The notes: generated by a model not told the origin, from the letters alone. A stretch of 64,000 nucleotides of DNA from Methanolobus sp. WCC5 (GCF_045690325.1 NZ_CP146981.1:1044853-1108852), one strand, 5' to 3'. Positions 55,001-63,065 are shown, counted from the first letter of the stretch. Numbers and translations: made by a program.

Positions 55001-55199
55001 CATTTTGTTTATAGTCTGTACCGTTGAACTGACCATAAGCCCAACTTTCGTTCCATTCATCAACACTTCTTATACCATCTATAGTAACAGCTACAGATGT
55101 TCCAGAAATTGTAATCAATATCAACGTAATAACAACAAGTAAACTATATTTTGTCATGTTTGCCCCACCCTTTATAACTAAAAGAGGTATTCTTACCAA
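49002..55199 (-). CDS. Giant (2065 aa) surface protein with about 16 DUF11-type domains, including 11 near-identical 107-aa tandem units, and a VPxxxP-type C-terminal sorting signal
   Basis: Signal peptide and paralogous head domain. Repeats begin SPSIDIEKATNGEDAD…TWTYNVTNTGNV…DPSHYFGA. C-terminus is VVPLLSPVG followed by a TM helix and RRRD. One uninterrupted ORF of 6.2 kb. Confidence 0.85.
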   Translation of the reverse strand: MVRIPLLVIKGGANMTKYSLLVVITLILITISGTSVAVTIDGIRSVDEWNESWAYGQFNGTDYKQNGPFGDKMVIFQAGNWSDEDPMRDSGTGFNENMATVGPYESGYDIKGIYARYDFMTDTLYGLCTVYGLPGDLDGDGDPYNSVEFSDTRGAITPNNVDGIGADEFFNIRLIQGDKATRISIQNNAWDVVDVGDGTTTLTATDIDAACGIAYHPINDYEGDLDQFVYEIKINGINNNFDISPGATLIVRVTAGAQDDRDPITGGLIGEDIADVFVTIPSPDIDLEKSTNGEDADNAPGPGIPEGENVTWTYVVTNTGDVPLLNISVIDDKLGPITNIIDQGDGDDILSIGESWIFEATGIAECGQYVNNATAVGFFDVIPVFDTDPSHYFGECPDIDIEKATNGEDADEAPGPGILQGATVTWTYVVNNTGNVPLSNISVIDDQGVIPVYQSGDVNEDAILDVDEIWVYEATGIAECGQYANNATVTGEYKAVIVTDEDPSHYFGECPSIDIEKATNGEDADDPTGPFIPVGDSVTWTYNVTNTGNVDLVNVTVTDNILGVISVIGDLAVGASTEVSANGVAVAGQYANIGNVTGDYNGITVTDEDPSHYFGASPSIDIEKATNGEDADDPTGPFIPVGDSVTWTYNVTNTGNVDLVNVTVTDNILGVISVIGDLAAGESTEVSANGVAVAGQYANIGNVTGDYNGITVTDEDPSHYFGASPSIDIEKTTNGEDADDPTGPFIPVGDSVTWTYNVTNTGNVDLVNVTVTDNILGVISVIGDLAVGASTEVSANGIAAAGQYANIGNVTGDYNGITVTDEDPSHYFGASPSIDIEKATNGEDADIPTGPFIPVGDSVTWTYNVTNTGNVDLVNVTVTDNILGEISVIGDLAVGASTEVSANGVAVAGQYANIGNVTGDYNGITVTDEDPSHYFGASPSIDIEKATNGEDADSPTGPFIPVGDSVTWTYNVTNTGNVDLVNVTVTDNLLGEISVIGDLAVGASTEVSANGIAVAGQYANIGNVTGDYNGITVTDEDPSHYFGASPSIDIEKATNGEDADSPTGPFIPVGDSVTWTYNVTNTGNVDLVNVTVTDNLLGEISVIGDLAAGESTEVSANGVAVAGQYANIGNVTGDYNGITVTDEDPSHYFGASPSIDIEKATNGEDADIPTGPFIPVGDSVTWTYNVTNTGNVDLVNVTVTDNILGVISVIGDLAAGESTEVSANGVAVVGQYANIGNVTGDYNGITVTDEDPSHYFGASPSIDIEKATNGEDADDPTGPFIPVGDSVTWTYNVTNTGNVDLVNVTVTDNILGEISVIGDLAVGASTEVSANGVAVAGQYANIGNVTGDYNGITVTDEDPSHYFGASPSIDIEKATNGADADDPTGPFIPVGDSVTWTYNVTNTGNVDLVNVTVTDNILGLISVIGDLAVGASTEVSANGVAVAGQYANIGNVTGDYNGITVTDEDPSHYFGASPSIDIEKATNGADADDPTGPFIPVGDSVTWTYNVTNTGNVDLVNVTVTDNILGLISVIGDLAVGASTEVSANGVAVAGQYANIGNVTGDYNGITVTDEDPSHYFGASPSIDIEKATNGADADDPTGPFIPVGDSVTWTYNVTNTGNVDLVNVTVTDNILGVISVIGDLAVGASTEVSANGVAVAGQYANIGNVTGDYNGITVTDEDPSHYFGASPSIDIEKATNGEDADSAPGPSLGIGDAVTWTYVVTNTGNVNLSNIVVTDDKLGVIGNIVNNGDGDGILSVGETWTYQATGSASCGQYANLGTVTGDYGSTTVNDSDPSHYNVVCAPNIDIEKSTNGFDADSAPGPTLAYGAEVTWEYVVRNTGNVHLTNITVTDDQLGTISNIVDKGNGDDTLMPGEVWIYQSTGTAECGQYANVGDVVGHFGSIPVTDSDPSHYRVNCVPDIDIEKYINGNDADQAPGILLAVGDSITWKFVVKNTGNVPLDDVVVVDDKLGTIPASSIISKSINNDDILDPGEVWTYELKGTVTECVPQHKNTAIVTGEFEGTEVSDEDVAHYYCQPVVPLLSPVGMMILISVLGLAGAFYLRRRD
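50140..53672. repeat. Tandem array of about 11 near-identical 321-bp coding repeats (approximate bounds)
   Basis: The period of 321 bp is shown by identical antisense ORFs at 50318, 50639 and 50960, and by the repeating protein units. Several consecutive units appear 100% identical. Confidence 0.85.
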
Positions 55200-55403
55200 G
55201 AAATAAATTGTATACGTATGTATTTATTAGTACAACAAACAATCATAAGTAGGAATATTAAGTAACATAGATACAGTACTTCACTAATTTTTGAATCCAG
55301 CTGTTTAAACTTATATTGAAATCGGATGAAAATAGAAATTGATTCATGTGAAAGGCCTTTAAATGAATAAAAGGGAACTGAAAATCTATGGACATGGTCT
55401 ATA

Positions 55404-56495
55404 CGACAATTATAGTTAATAACTTAACTTTTCTAACTTATTATCCAGAAACTTCTCAATCCATTTTCTTGCGAAGCTAAGCTTTGATGAACAACTAATA
55501 AACGTCTCAGCAATCAGATTCCTCATATGATCAAGATCTTTGACAAAATTGCAGGAAATAACTCTTTTAACGCTCTTCCATATGAATTCAATAGGATTCA
55601 AGTCTGGTGAATACGGAGGCAAATAGACCAATTCGATATCATTTGCCATTGCAAAATCTACTGTGTATTTTGCCCGATGTGACCTGAAGTTGTCAAGAAT
55701 GATAACTATTCTCTTTCCAATGTTGCTGTTTTTGATAGTTGATAGAAACGAACATACGTCCTCTTTAGTTGAATGTTCTTTAAAATCGATTACTGAAGTA
55801 CCATTCAATGCATAAAATCCAAACGAGTTTGCTTTAATTCTAGTTGAATTTTTGAACATAACGGGTTTATTGAAAGACCATAAACGAACTGTATTTGATG
55901 TGGTTTGTGGGGATGATTCATCAAGAAAACCGATTACGTAATCATTATTGATTACTGGTAAGTTTTTTTTAAACGATCTTCTGCATCATCTGGTCTTCGA
56001 TAATCATGCGCATAGGGTTTGGCATGATACATGCCAAACTTCTTCAAGATAACCAATATTTGCTTAATGGTGTATTGAACCGTAAATTCATTATGGATAA
56101 GTTCCTGAACTTCTTTTGTAGACCAATCATTTCTTTCATGCAGCATAGCCTTTAGTTCTTCTTTTTGGTCATCAGTGAGTTTTGAAGGACAACCTCCTGA
56201 AAACCTGGGAATCAATCCTTCATACCCGTCTTGATTCCATCGTTCTTGCCATTGATATGCAACTGGTGTAGATATGCCAACAAGTTTAGCTGCTTCGTTA
56301 ACAGAAGCACCTTCATAACGATGTTTAATAAAATACAAACGTTGTAGGACTCGTGTATCTTTCTCTAATGACTTGATACGTTTAAGCAATTCTTCTGATG
56401 ATAGATGATGCTCTATCGTAATTTGTTCAGGTCTAGCCATAAAGTATAGTTGCATTTGATTAATAATAAATGTTTGGTTAAGAACTATAATTCCG
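55404..56495. mobile_element. IS630/Tc1-mariner-family insertion sequence, about 1.09 kb (approximate ends)
   Basis: Imperfect terminal inverted repeats CGACAATTATAGTT..CTTAAC (55404-55428) and GTTAAG..AACTATAATTCCG (56477-56495). Encodes an HTH N-terminal part and a DDE_3 C-terminal part of a transposase. Confidence 0.7.
55416..56455 (-). CDS. IS630-family transposase in two frames (orfA 55952-56455 HTH; orfB 55416-55859 plus upstream extension, DDE), probably joined by a -1 frameshift
   Basis: orfA ends …DRLKKTYQ* across an A8 run (55963-55970, T8 on the + strand). The -1 frame is open from just upstream of the A-run (…NLPVINNDYVIGFLDESSPQTT…) into orfB, which carries LDNFRSHRA … LPPYSPDLNPIEFIWK. 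The fused length is about 340 aa. Confidence 0.7.
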
Positions 56496-56684
56496 ATTAT
56501 AATTCATCCGCTTGTTTCTCTATTTAAAAGCAGCAAATAAATTCTTATTATCATCTTCTTGTAAAATTGAATTATAGTACAACATTTTTAAACGTGGGCA
56601 ATTGACTAATACAATCAATCATTAATTTAAAAATGAGGATTTATTCTGTTCTGTGGGATAGAAACAGATAAAAGGAGATATTAT

Positions 56685-57467
56685 ATGAGATACAAACTAT
56701 TAAAAAGGGCTCTAGTGCTCCTTCTAGGAGTAGCACTTGCAATGGCATCTGGATGTGCCAACATTACAGATTCACAAAAGACATCTGGGGACTTAATAGA
56801 TAATGATATGGAAGAATCATCAAGTGAATCTAACCCCTATTCTGCCATAATACCAACTGATTTTGCAATTCCGATTGAAAATCCGTATTTTCCCTTAAAC
56901 ATTGGTACAATCTACATATATGATGGTGAATCAGATGAAAAAGATATTAAAGTTGAAATATATGTCAGTGACCAGACAAAGGAAATAATGGGTGTGGAGA
57001 CTACAGTTGTCAGACAACAAAAATGGAAAGATGGAGAGCTTATTGAACACACTCTGGACTGGTATGCCAATGATAACAAAGGAAATGTTTGGTATTTCGG
57101 TTCAGATTCCAAAGAATACGATTATGATGCAGTTGATATAGTGAGCACAGTAGCTTCCTGGGAGGCGGGGGTTGATGGTGCAGAACCAAGAATCTTTATG
57201 GGAAATTATTCTCAGGTCGGAGATGTTTACCGCCAGGAATACTACGAACGAGGAGGTGAAAAAGAATTAGAAGTGCTAAGTATCGATGCGCCTGTTTCCG
57301 TTGAATATGGGCCATTTGAAAATTGTATACAAATAAAGGAATTGATTCCATTTAACCCCGAAATAGAAAAATACAAATATTATGCCAGTGGCGTGGGGCT
57401 TGTTCTAGAAGAGTCTGTTATGGAAGGAAATGATAGAATTGAACTTGCAGAAATAATAAATAGATAA
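56685..57467 (+). CDS. Secreted hypothetical protein with lipoprotein-like signal peptide
   Basis: The MRYKLLKRALVLLLGVALAMASGC signal has a Cys directly after the hydrophobic core. GGAGAT SD upstream. No family recognised. Confidence 0.5.
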   Translation: MRYKLLKRALVLLLGVALAMASGCANITDSQKTSGDLIDNDMEESSSESNPYSAIIPTDFAIPIENPYFPLNIGTIYIYDGESDEKDIKVEIYVSDQTKEIMGVETTVVRQQKWKDGELIEHTLDWYANDNKGNVWYFGSDSKEYDYDAVDIVSTVASWEAGVDGAEPRIFMGNYSQVGDVYRQEYYERGGEKELEVLSIDAPVSVEYGPFENCIQIKELIPFNPEIEKYKYYASGVGLVLEESVMEGNDRIELAEIINR

Positions 57468-57573
57468 AGGAAGGCATTTTCCTTTATTTTATGTTTAAAC
57501 TCGTCTAACATTGAATGATTTAAACAGAGTTGTATCCAAAGCAGCTATACAACCAATAAAACAATTTATAATC

Positions 57574-58161
57574 TCATTCAAATTTCAGATCAATTTCACC
57601 GGCCAGTATATCTTCAATAATCTTTAAAGATTCATTACTGATCTTTGTTCTTTTTCCTTTGTCACGCTTTTCCATATTATTGTAATCAAAGAAATGCTTG
57701 CACACACCATGGGCTTTGTCCAGAGGATCATTGTCCTGCAGAAAAACAACACAACCTTCCAGACCGATCACCTTTTGAACATAATTTAATGCATAAGATA
57801 CCCCATAGTGGCATCCTACACCGGGAAGAAAATATTTGTATCCTTCATTCTTTTTCTGCTTAAGCCACGGGAAAAGATTGGAATCACTATCAATTATGAA
57901 TATCCTGTCCTTTGTGAATCCTCTTTCCTTCAGGATGTCTATCATGTCACCAAGAGAACAGGGCACATTACAGGTTCTGTCCTCAAGTTTCAAACAGCTC
58001 TGATTCTTCCTTGACTTTTGTTTGCATGATACCGGACAAGCATAATATCCCAAAGGTTTGGCACAGTAAGGGAGAAAAGCAATACAACTGTCAAGCTCAT
58101 CTGTGACTATAGTTTGTATATCCAGGGATGGGGATGAAATAGCTATACTGCAGTTAAGCAA
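57574..58161 (-). CDS. Cys-rich hypothetical protein, paralog 1 (possibly DUF116-like)
   Basis: Shares FLPYCAKP.G…CNVPCSLG…IFIID.DSNLFPWL…GVCK… with paralog 2. Homology continues in-frame upstream to about 58300 without an ATG. Confidence 0.5.
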   Translation of the reverse strand: MLNCSIAISSPSLDIQTIVTDELDSCIAFLPYCAKPLGYYACPVSCKQKSRKNQSCLKLEDRTCNVPCSLGDMIDILKERGFTKDRIFIIDSDSNLFPWLKQKKNEGYKYFLPGVGCHYGVSYALNYVQKVIGLEGCVVFLQDNDPLDKAHGVCKHFFDYNNMEKRDKGKRTKISNESLKIIEDILAGEIDLKFE

Positions 58162-58421
58162 ACTTTTATTGATATGATTGTAACTTAGTTTTTTCTCGAT
58201 CAGCTTTTTGTTTAACGAATACGGAACAAATGAGTATAGCTTCTCTAAAATCGATACTCTCGTTATTAACCCCCCTTGAATGCTCTTTCAGCAAACACTT
58301 ATTCCACAAACAACTATAGCTGAATTCTCGTTCTAAAAGCTTGGCGTTAAAACAAAATGCGGCATTATATGTCTTTTTTTCCAGAAATCGTGAAATATAA
58401 AAACATAATCGTAAAATAAAC

Positions 58422-58615
58422 GTAACTATTCAGCCTACCCATTTCAGCCGATTGATGCGGATTTCATCAAATTCAAGGTGTTGAGTCCTAAATTAATTCA
58501 AAACAAAAAAAGCAATCAATCGGCACATTTAAAATAAATTAGTCATACAATATTTACATATCATTTTTTTAACACAACGGCGACAGGTGTTGATTCTATC
58601 AGGCTGAATAGTTAC
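58422..58615. repeat. Nested perfect inverted repeats: outer 15 bp (GTAACTATTCAGCCT / AGGCTGAATAGTTAC), inner 10 bp (GCCGATTGAT / ATCAATCGGC)
   Basis: Outer arms lie at 58422-58436 and 58601-58615. Inner arms lie at 58447-58456 and 58514-58523. The element sits in the AT-rich spacer between the two Cys-rich paralogs. Confidence 0.6.
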
Positions 58616-58687
58616 AAATAAACAAAATAAATAAACAGAAGAAAAAATGGTTAAATGAAAATTAATACCAGCTATAAAAATAGATAA

Positions 58688-59422
58688 TCACATACTGGAA
58701 GGGACTTCATTTGAATGCGGGGATTTATGAGGTACTTCCTCAACGCTTTCGTTTTGATAATTACCTGAAAGGATCCGGTCCATCAATATTATCGTCTCTT
58801 TGTGAACCTTGGTGCGTTTTCCCTTATCTATGCCCTCCATTCCAAGATAATCGTTCATGCATTTGCAGACGCCGTTTTCTTTGTCATCAGGGCAAAAATC
58901 ATCTACAAAGGCTATGCACCCTTTGTAGCCAAGCTTCTTACCTATGTAATCAATGGCATAGGATACACCGTATTTGCATCCGGTACCCGGCATAAAATAT
59001 TCATAGCCTTCCTTCCTTTTCTGCACAAGCCATGGGAAAAGATTGGAATCCCTGTCTATTATGAAAATCTGTTCCTTTTTAAAACCATGTTTTGTGAGAA
59101 CATCCACCATCTCACCAAGAGAACAGGGCACATTACACTTGCCACCGGATACCTTGACACATTTCTGGTTCTTCCTGTTATTGATCTTGTCCGATACAGG
59201 ACACTCATGTTCCCCCATCGGTTTGGCACAATATGGCAAAAAGGCAACACATTTATCAAGATCATCTCTTACTACTTTGTTTATATCAAGGGAATGAGGA
59301 TATAAGGCAAGGTGATTTTTTATAAGCAGATCATCCTGTTTTTTGAATTTGCACTTCCATCTTACTATCTTTTGATGGATCGAATAAGGAACCAATCCAT
59401 ATATTAATTCTCGGGTCAGCAT
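58688..59422 (-). CDS. Cys-rich hypothetical protein, paralog 2 (possibly DUF116-like)
   Basis: 244 aa, about 55% identical to paralog 1 over the Cys-rich core. Has an N-terminal extension of about 50 aa. Confidence 0.5.
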   Translation of the reverse strand: MLTRELIYGLVPYSIHQKIVRWKCKFKKQDDLLIKNHLALYPHSLDINKVVRDDLDKCVAFLPYCAKPMGEHECPVSDKINNRKNQKCVKVSGGKCNVPCSLGEMVDVLTKHGFKKEQIFIIDRDSNLFPWLVQKRKEGYEYFMPGTGCKYGVSYAIDYIGKKLGYKGCIAFVDDFCPDDKENGVCKCMNDYLGMEGIDKGKRTKVHKETIILMDRILSGNYQNESVEEVPHKSPHSNEVPSSM

Positions 59423-59739
59423 TTTTTTCCTCCATTGACGTTTGGGGCTGTACTTCTTTGGAGTTGTCCAGAGTAAACCTATGTCCCAATTTTTTAACTT
59501 TATCTCATAGGTAGCTTGGTCATCCGTATAAATATCATGACCCTATATACATTTATCCATGTACATAAACTATACATAGAATAAATACTGTGAACATGCT
59601 TATAATTAATTAAGACAGATACTGTACAAAATGCCTGTATTTTATGTACAAGTTTCAGTATTGAACAAAATATTTTTGTATATTAAACCGATTTACAAAA
59701 TTATATTCAGAGTCAGGTACATATAAACAAAGGAAAGGA

Positions 59740-59937
59740 CTAAAGACCCAGTTCTTCTGCAATCTCCTGGAACTCTTTTCCCTTTGCAGTTGTTACATAC
59801 AGATTTCCTTTATGTTCTATCAGTCCTTTTTCCTCCAGCATTGTAAGATACCTGTTAACCATGTCAAAATTCAGATTTGCATTGTAAACTATGTGTGTCT
59901 TTTTAGCCCCCTCCAATGCAGCTTTTAATATCTCCAC
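59740..59937 (-). CDS. Mini winged-HTH protein (paralog of 46118-46306)
   Basis: 65 aa, …ALEGAKKTHIVYNANLNFDMVNRYLTMLEEKGLIE…. GTG start. The same 20-nt upstream element as the first copy. Confidence 0.5.
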   Translation of the reverse strand: MEILKAALEGAKKTHIVYNANLNFDMVNRYLTMLEEKGLIEHKGNLYVTTAKGKEFQEIAEELGL

Positions 59938-60062
59938 ACTAATGGCAGTTCTGCTTCTCCTAATATGATCACATCCATAGCTACAGTCTTTTCTACCACG
60001 CCAGGTACCCCACCATGAATAAAAGTTGGAAAGAGTCCATTCAATCCAACATCAATACACTG

Positions 60063-60716
60063 TTATTTCCTGGACCTGTATCCATACAGACCAATAACAA
60101 CTCCTCCAAGGACAAGACCTATTAGAAGGATCATGCTGTTGGTCCCGGATGTGCTTACAGGAAGGTATCCTTCATCTGCAACCTCTGACTCTGCATTTTC
60201 CTGAGTGCTGGGAAGTGAGGATTCTGCTTCCGTGTCCATGGATGACTCAGTAGTTATTTCATCTGCAATTTCTGTGGTATCAGCTCCACCAGAGCCAAAG
60301 CCTCCACCTCCTCCACCGGCAACCTGGGAAGAGGGTTTTTCTGTATTCGCTGCTGGCTGGCTTGTTGCACTGATTTCAAATGACACTGCCTCCCCACTAT
60401 GATAATTTCTAAGATCCAGGGTCTGTGATTCCACTCCGTCCACATAAACCTTGACAAGATCATAGCCTGTGGGTATTCCCAGCCTGTTGCTGCGCTTATC
60501 GCCGATAATACCTTCTGTGGTCACAGTCGTCTCACCTATAACCTTCCCATCAACAACTATCGCTACCTCTGTCCCTACAACTGCCGGCTTCCCATCTACC
60601 AGCAGATTACCTTCCAGGACCAATGGAGGTTCGTTAGCTGCAGCAGGTACGACCATGAATGCAAATAACACTATAAATACTTGTAATAAAGCTCTTTTTT
60701 TATCACCACTTATCAT
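60063..60716 (-). CDS. Secreted protein with beta-rich N-domain, Gly/acidic linker and C-terminal TM anchor
   Basis: Signal peptide from MISGDKKRALLQVFIVLFAFMVVPAAA. C-terminus is …SMILLIGLVLGGVVIGLYGYRSRK. Located directly downstream of the cohesin protein. The track ORF starts at 60764. Confidence 0.5.
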   Translation of the reverse strand: MISGDKKRALLQVFIVLFAFMVVPAAANEPPLVLEGNLLVDGKPAVVGTEVAIVVDGKVIGETTVTTEGIIGDKRSNRLGIPTGYDLVKVYVDGVESQTLDLRNYHSGEAVSFEISATSQPAANTEKPSSQVAGGGGGGFGSGGADTTEIADEITTESSMDTEAESSLPSTQENAESEVADEGYLPVSTSGTNSMILLIGLVLGGVVIGLYGYRSRK

Positions 60717-60793
60717 ACGTCCCACCTTCGATAAATCAAAAATGCAGTGAGAAGATACTCCCACTGCGATGTATTTCTTGTTTCATTGAGCTG

Positions 60794-63043
60794 TCAGGCC
60801 AATATGCACTCCTCGTCTACGAATACATAGTATCCTTCGTATACGTTCATGCTAAAGACATCGGTACCTACCTGGTTACCATTGATGACGCCTTCCACTC
60901 CGTTGTATCCCACATAGGCATACTCACTTGCAGAAGTTACCCAGGGTCCTTTGACCTTGATGTAGCTGTCATCGATGGTTGCAAGCCCGATCTCTGCAGA
61001 TAGCTCGACCTTTGCATTGTGGCCAATGGCGTTCCATCCCGGATAAAGCATCAGCGATGGTGGCGTGGATGGCACCTTCGGTGTCAGATAGTCCTCAAGA
61101 ATGACAACCTCTCCACTCATGTTGTTGTGTACCCAGTATGCCTTCAATGGCTCGAAGGTGGTTGGTACAACCATCATTCCAACAGATGCATCATCATAGA
61201 ACACATAATCAACTTCTGTGTCGGTAAAGTCCTGGAGCACAAAGTCGATACTTGCATTCTCAAGTGTTTCTGGGAACGATATAAGGTTCCATCCCGGCAG
61301 GAGTATTATTCCTTCTGGGTTGTACACCTCAACACATACGATGTGGAATGCTGAATCCTGTCCGTCATCCAATGTTGCCTTGATCAGGTACTGGCCATCA
61401 GGTACACTGGTTGTGTCAAGCACAGCAGTCCAGCCATCAGAGCCGTCGTTGTCTGTTGCGAATACTGTCCAGACACCGCCTACCTCATCGTCAATACAGT
61501 TGCCATTGGTATCTGCAAAGACAGCAAAGGTTGCGGTAAGGATGTCATCCTGTCCGGAATTGTCCACAACTTCAACTATCTGTGTCTTTGAGACAACATC
61601 ACCATCTGCATGGGAGACGATCTCCGGACCTGGCACAACGTTTGGTACTGTGGAAACTTCAACAGTTCCATCGGTGACCACAACTCCCGGAATTGCTGCA
61701 TTGGCCTGGTCCTGAAGAACCACGTTCATCAGGTCAAGGTCGTAGACACCGTCTGCTGCACCTGCCTTCACTTCGAACTCAATGGTTAACATTGTTCCGG
61801 CTGTTGGCGCGTAGACCCCACCTGTGGCTGCAATACCATAGGTTATGGTACCTGCACCGTCGTCACCACTTCCTGGTGCTTCCAGTGCCCCGGCTCCAAG
61901 CAGGTTCTCATTGGTTATGCTGTTAACCATGAGTACTGAAGCATCGTAGCCCAGCTGCAGGCTCACAGCACGCAGGTTCTTGTCGGCTGAATCGACCATC
62001 ACTTCAACCTGGAATGTCTCACCGATATCCACAGGTCCGCTTGCAGCTGGAGATACCATTACCTCCGGCATTACAACAGGACCGTCAGCTACCTGTACGG
62101 TAGCATCAGTGACAACAACTCCGGCGATTGCCGTGTTGGTCTCGTCCATAAGTCCCACATTGTCCAGATCAAGGTTGTAGATGCCATTTGCAGCACCAGC
62201 CTTCACTTCGAATTCGATGGTCAGCATAGTACCGGCCTGCGGCGTGTAAGCCCCTGCGGTGGAGGCAATACCATATGTAATGGTACCTGCACCGTCGTCA
62301 CCACTGCCTGGTGCTACAAGTGCCCCTGCTCCAAGCAGGTTCTCGTTGGTCACACCATTTACCATGAGAACTGCAGCATCGTATTTCAGCTGCAGGTTCA
62401 CAGCACGGAGGTTCTCATCAGCAGAATCCACCTCTACCTCTACCTGGAACGTATCTCCCGGAGCAACCGGACCGCTCACTGCAGGAGTGATCTTCACTTC
62501 AGGATCATCGGTTGGCGGTATTACATCATCACCAACTTTTACTGTTCCGTCCATGACAGCCACCCCGGCAATAACCGTGCTGGTCTGGTCTAAGAGTACC
62601 ACATTCATTAGGTCAAGGTCATAGATACCATCAGCAGCCCCGGCTTTCACCTCGAAATCGATGGTTATCATGGTACCTGCTACTGGTGCATATGGACCGG
62701 ATGTGGCTGCAATACCATAGGTAATGGTTCCTGCCCCATCGTCACCACTGGCTGGCGCTACCAGAGCACCGGCACCAAGCAGGTTGTTGTTGGTTATGCT
62801 ATTGACCTGAAGTACCGCCGGATCATAGTCCAGCTGCAGGTTCACGGCACGTAGGTCAGAAGCATCGGAATCCACCAATATGCTGACCTGGAACGTATCA
62901 CCTGCATCGTACTCATTGGTTTGTGGATCTACTGACACCGATGGTGCAGCCGCTGCAAGTCCTACGCCTACCATGAAACATGCACAAAATATTAAAAGGA
63001 TGGCAGCAGATCCTGCCATTCCTTTCCATGTTACTTTTGTCAT
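60794..63043 (-). CDS. Secreted scaffoldin-like protein with three tandem cohesin-like domains plus a C-terminal domain
   Basis: Signal peptide MTKVTWKGMAGSAAILLIFCACFMVGVGLAAAA, with a GGTG SD before the ATG at 63043. Three modules of about 125-130 aa each (…GDTFQV.V.VDS…LRAVNLQL.YD..VL.VN…GTITYGIA…) match the cohesin pattern. Confidence 0.65.
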   Translation of the reverse strand: MTKVTWKGMAGSAAILLIFCACFMVGVGLAAAAPSVSVDPQTNEYDAGDTFQVSILVDSDASDLRAVNLQLDYDPAVLQVNSITNNNLLGAGALVAPASGDDGAGTITYGIAATSGPYAPVAGTMITIDFEVKAGAADGIYDLDLMNVVLLDQTSTVIAGVAVMDGTVKVGDDVIPPTDDPEVKITPAVSGPVAPGDTFQVEVEVDSADENLRAVNLQLKYDAAVLMVNGVTNENLLGAGALVAPGSGDDGAGTITYGIASTAGAYTPQAGTMLTIEFEVKAGAANGIYNLDLDNVGLMDETNTAIAGVVVTDATVQVADGPVVMPEVMVSPAASGPVDIGETFQVEVMVDSADKNLRAVSLQLGYDASVLMVNSITNENLLGAGALEAPGSGDDGAGTITYGIAATGGVYAPTAGTMLTIEFEVKAGAADGVYDLDLMNVVLQDQANAAIPGVVVTDGTVEVSTVPNVVPGPEIVSHADGDVVSKTQIVEVVDNSGQDDILTATFAVFADTNGNCIDDEVGGVWTVFATDNDGSDGWTAVLDTTSVPDGQYLIKATLDDGQDSAFHIVCVEVYNPEGIILLPGWNLISFPETLENASIDFVLQDFTDTEVDYVFYDDASVGMMVVPTTFEPLKAYWVHNNMSGEVVILEDYLTPKVPSTPPSLMLYPGWNAIGHNAKVELSAEIGLATIDDSYIKVKGPWVTSASEYAYVGYNGVEGVINGNQVGTDVFSMNVYEGYYVFVDEECILA

Positions 63044-63065
63044 GATTTCACCTCTTACATCAGGC

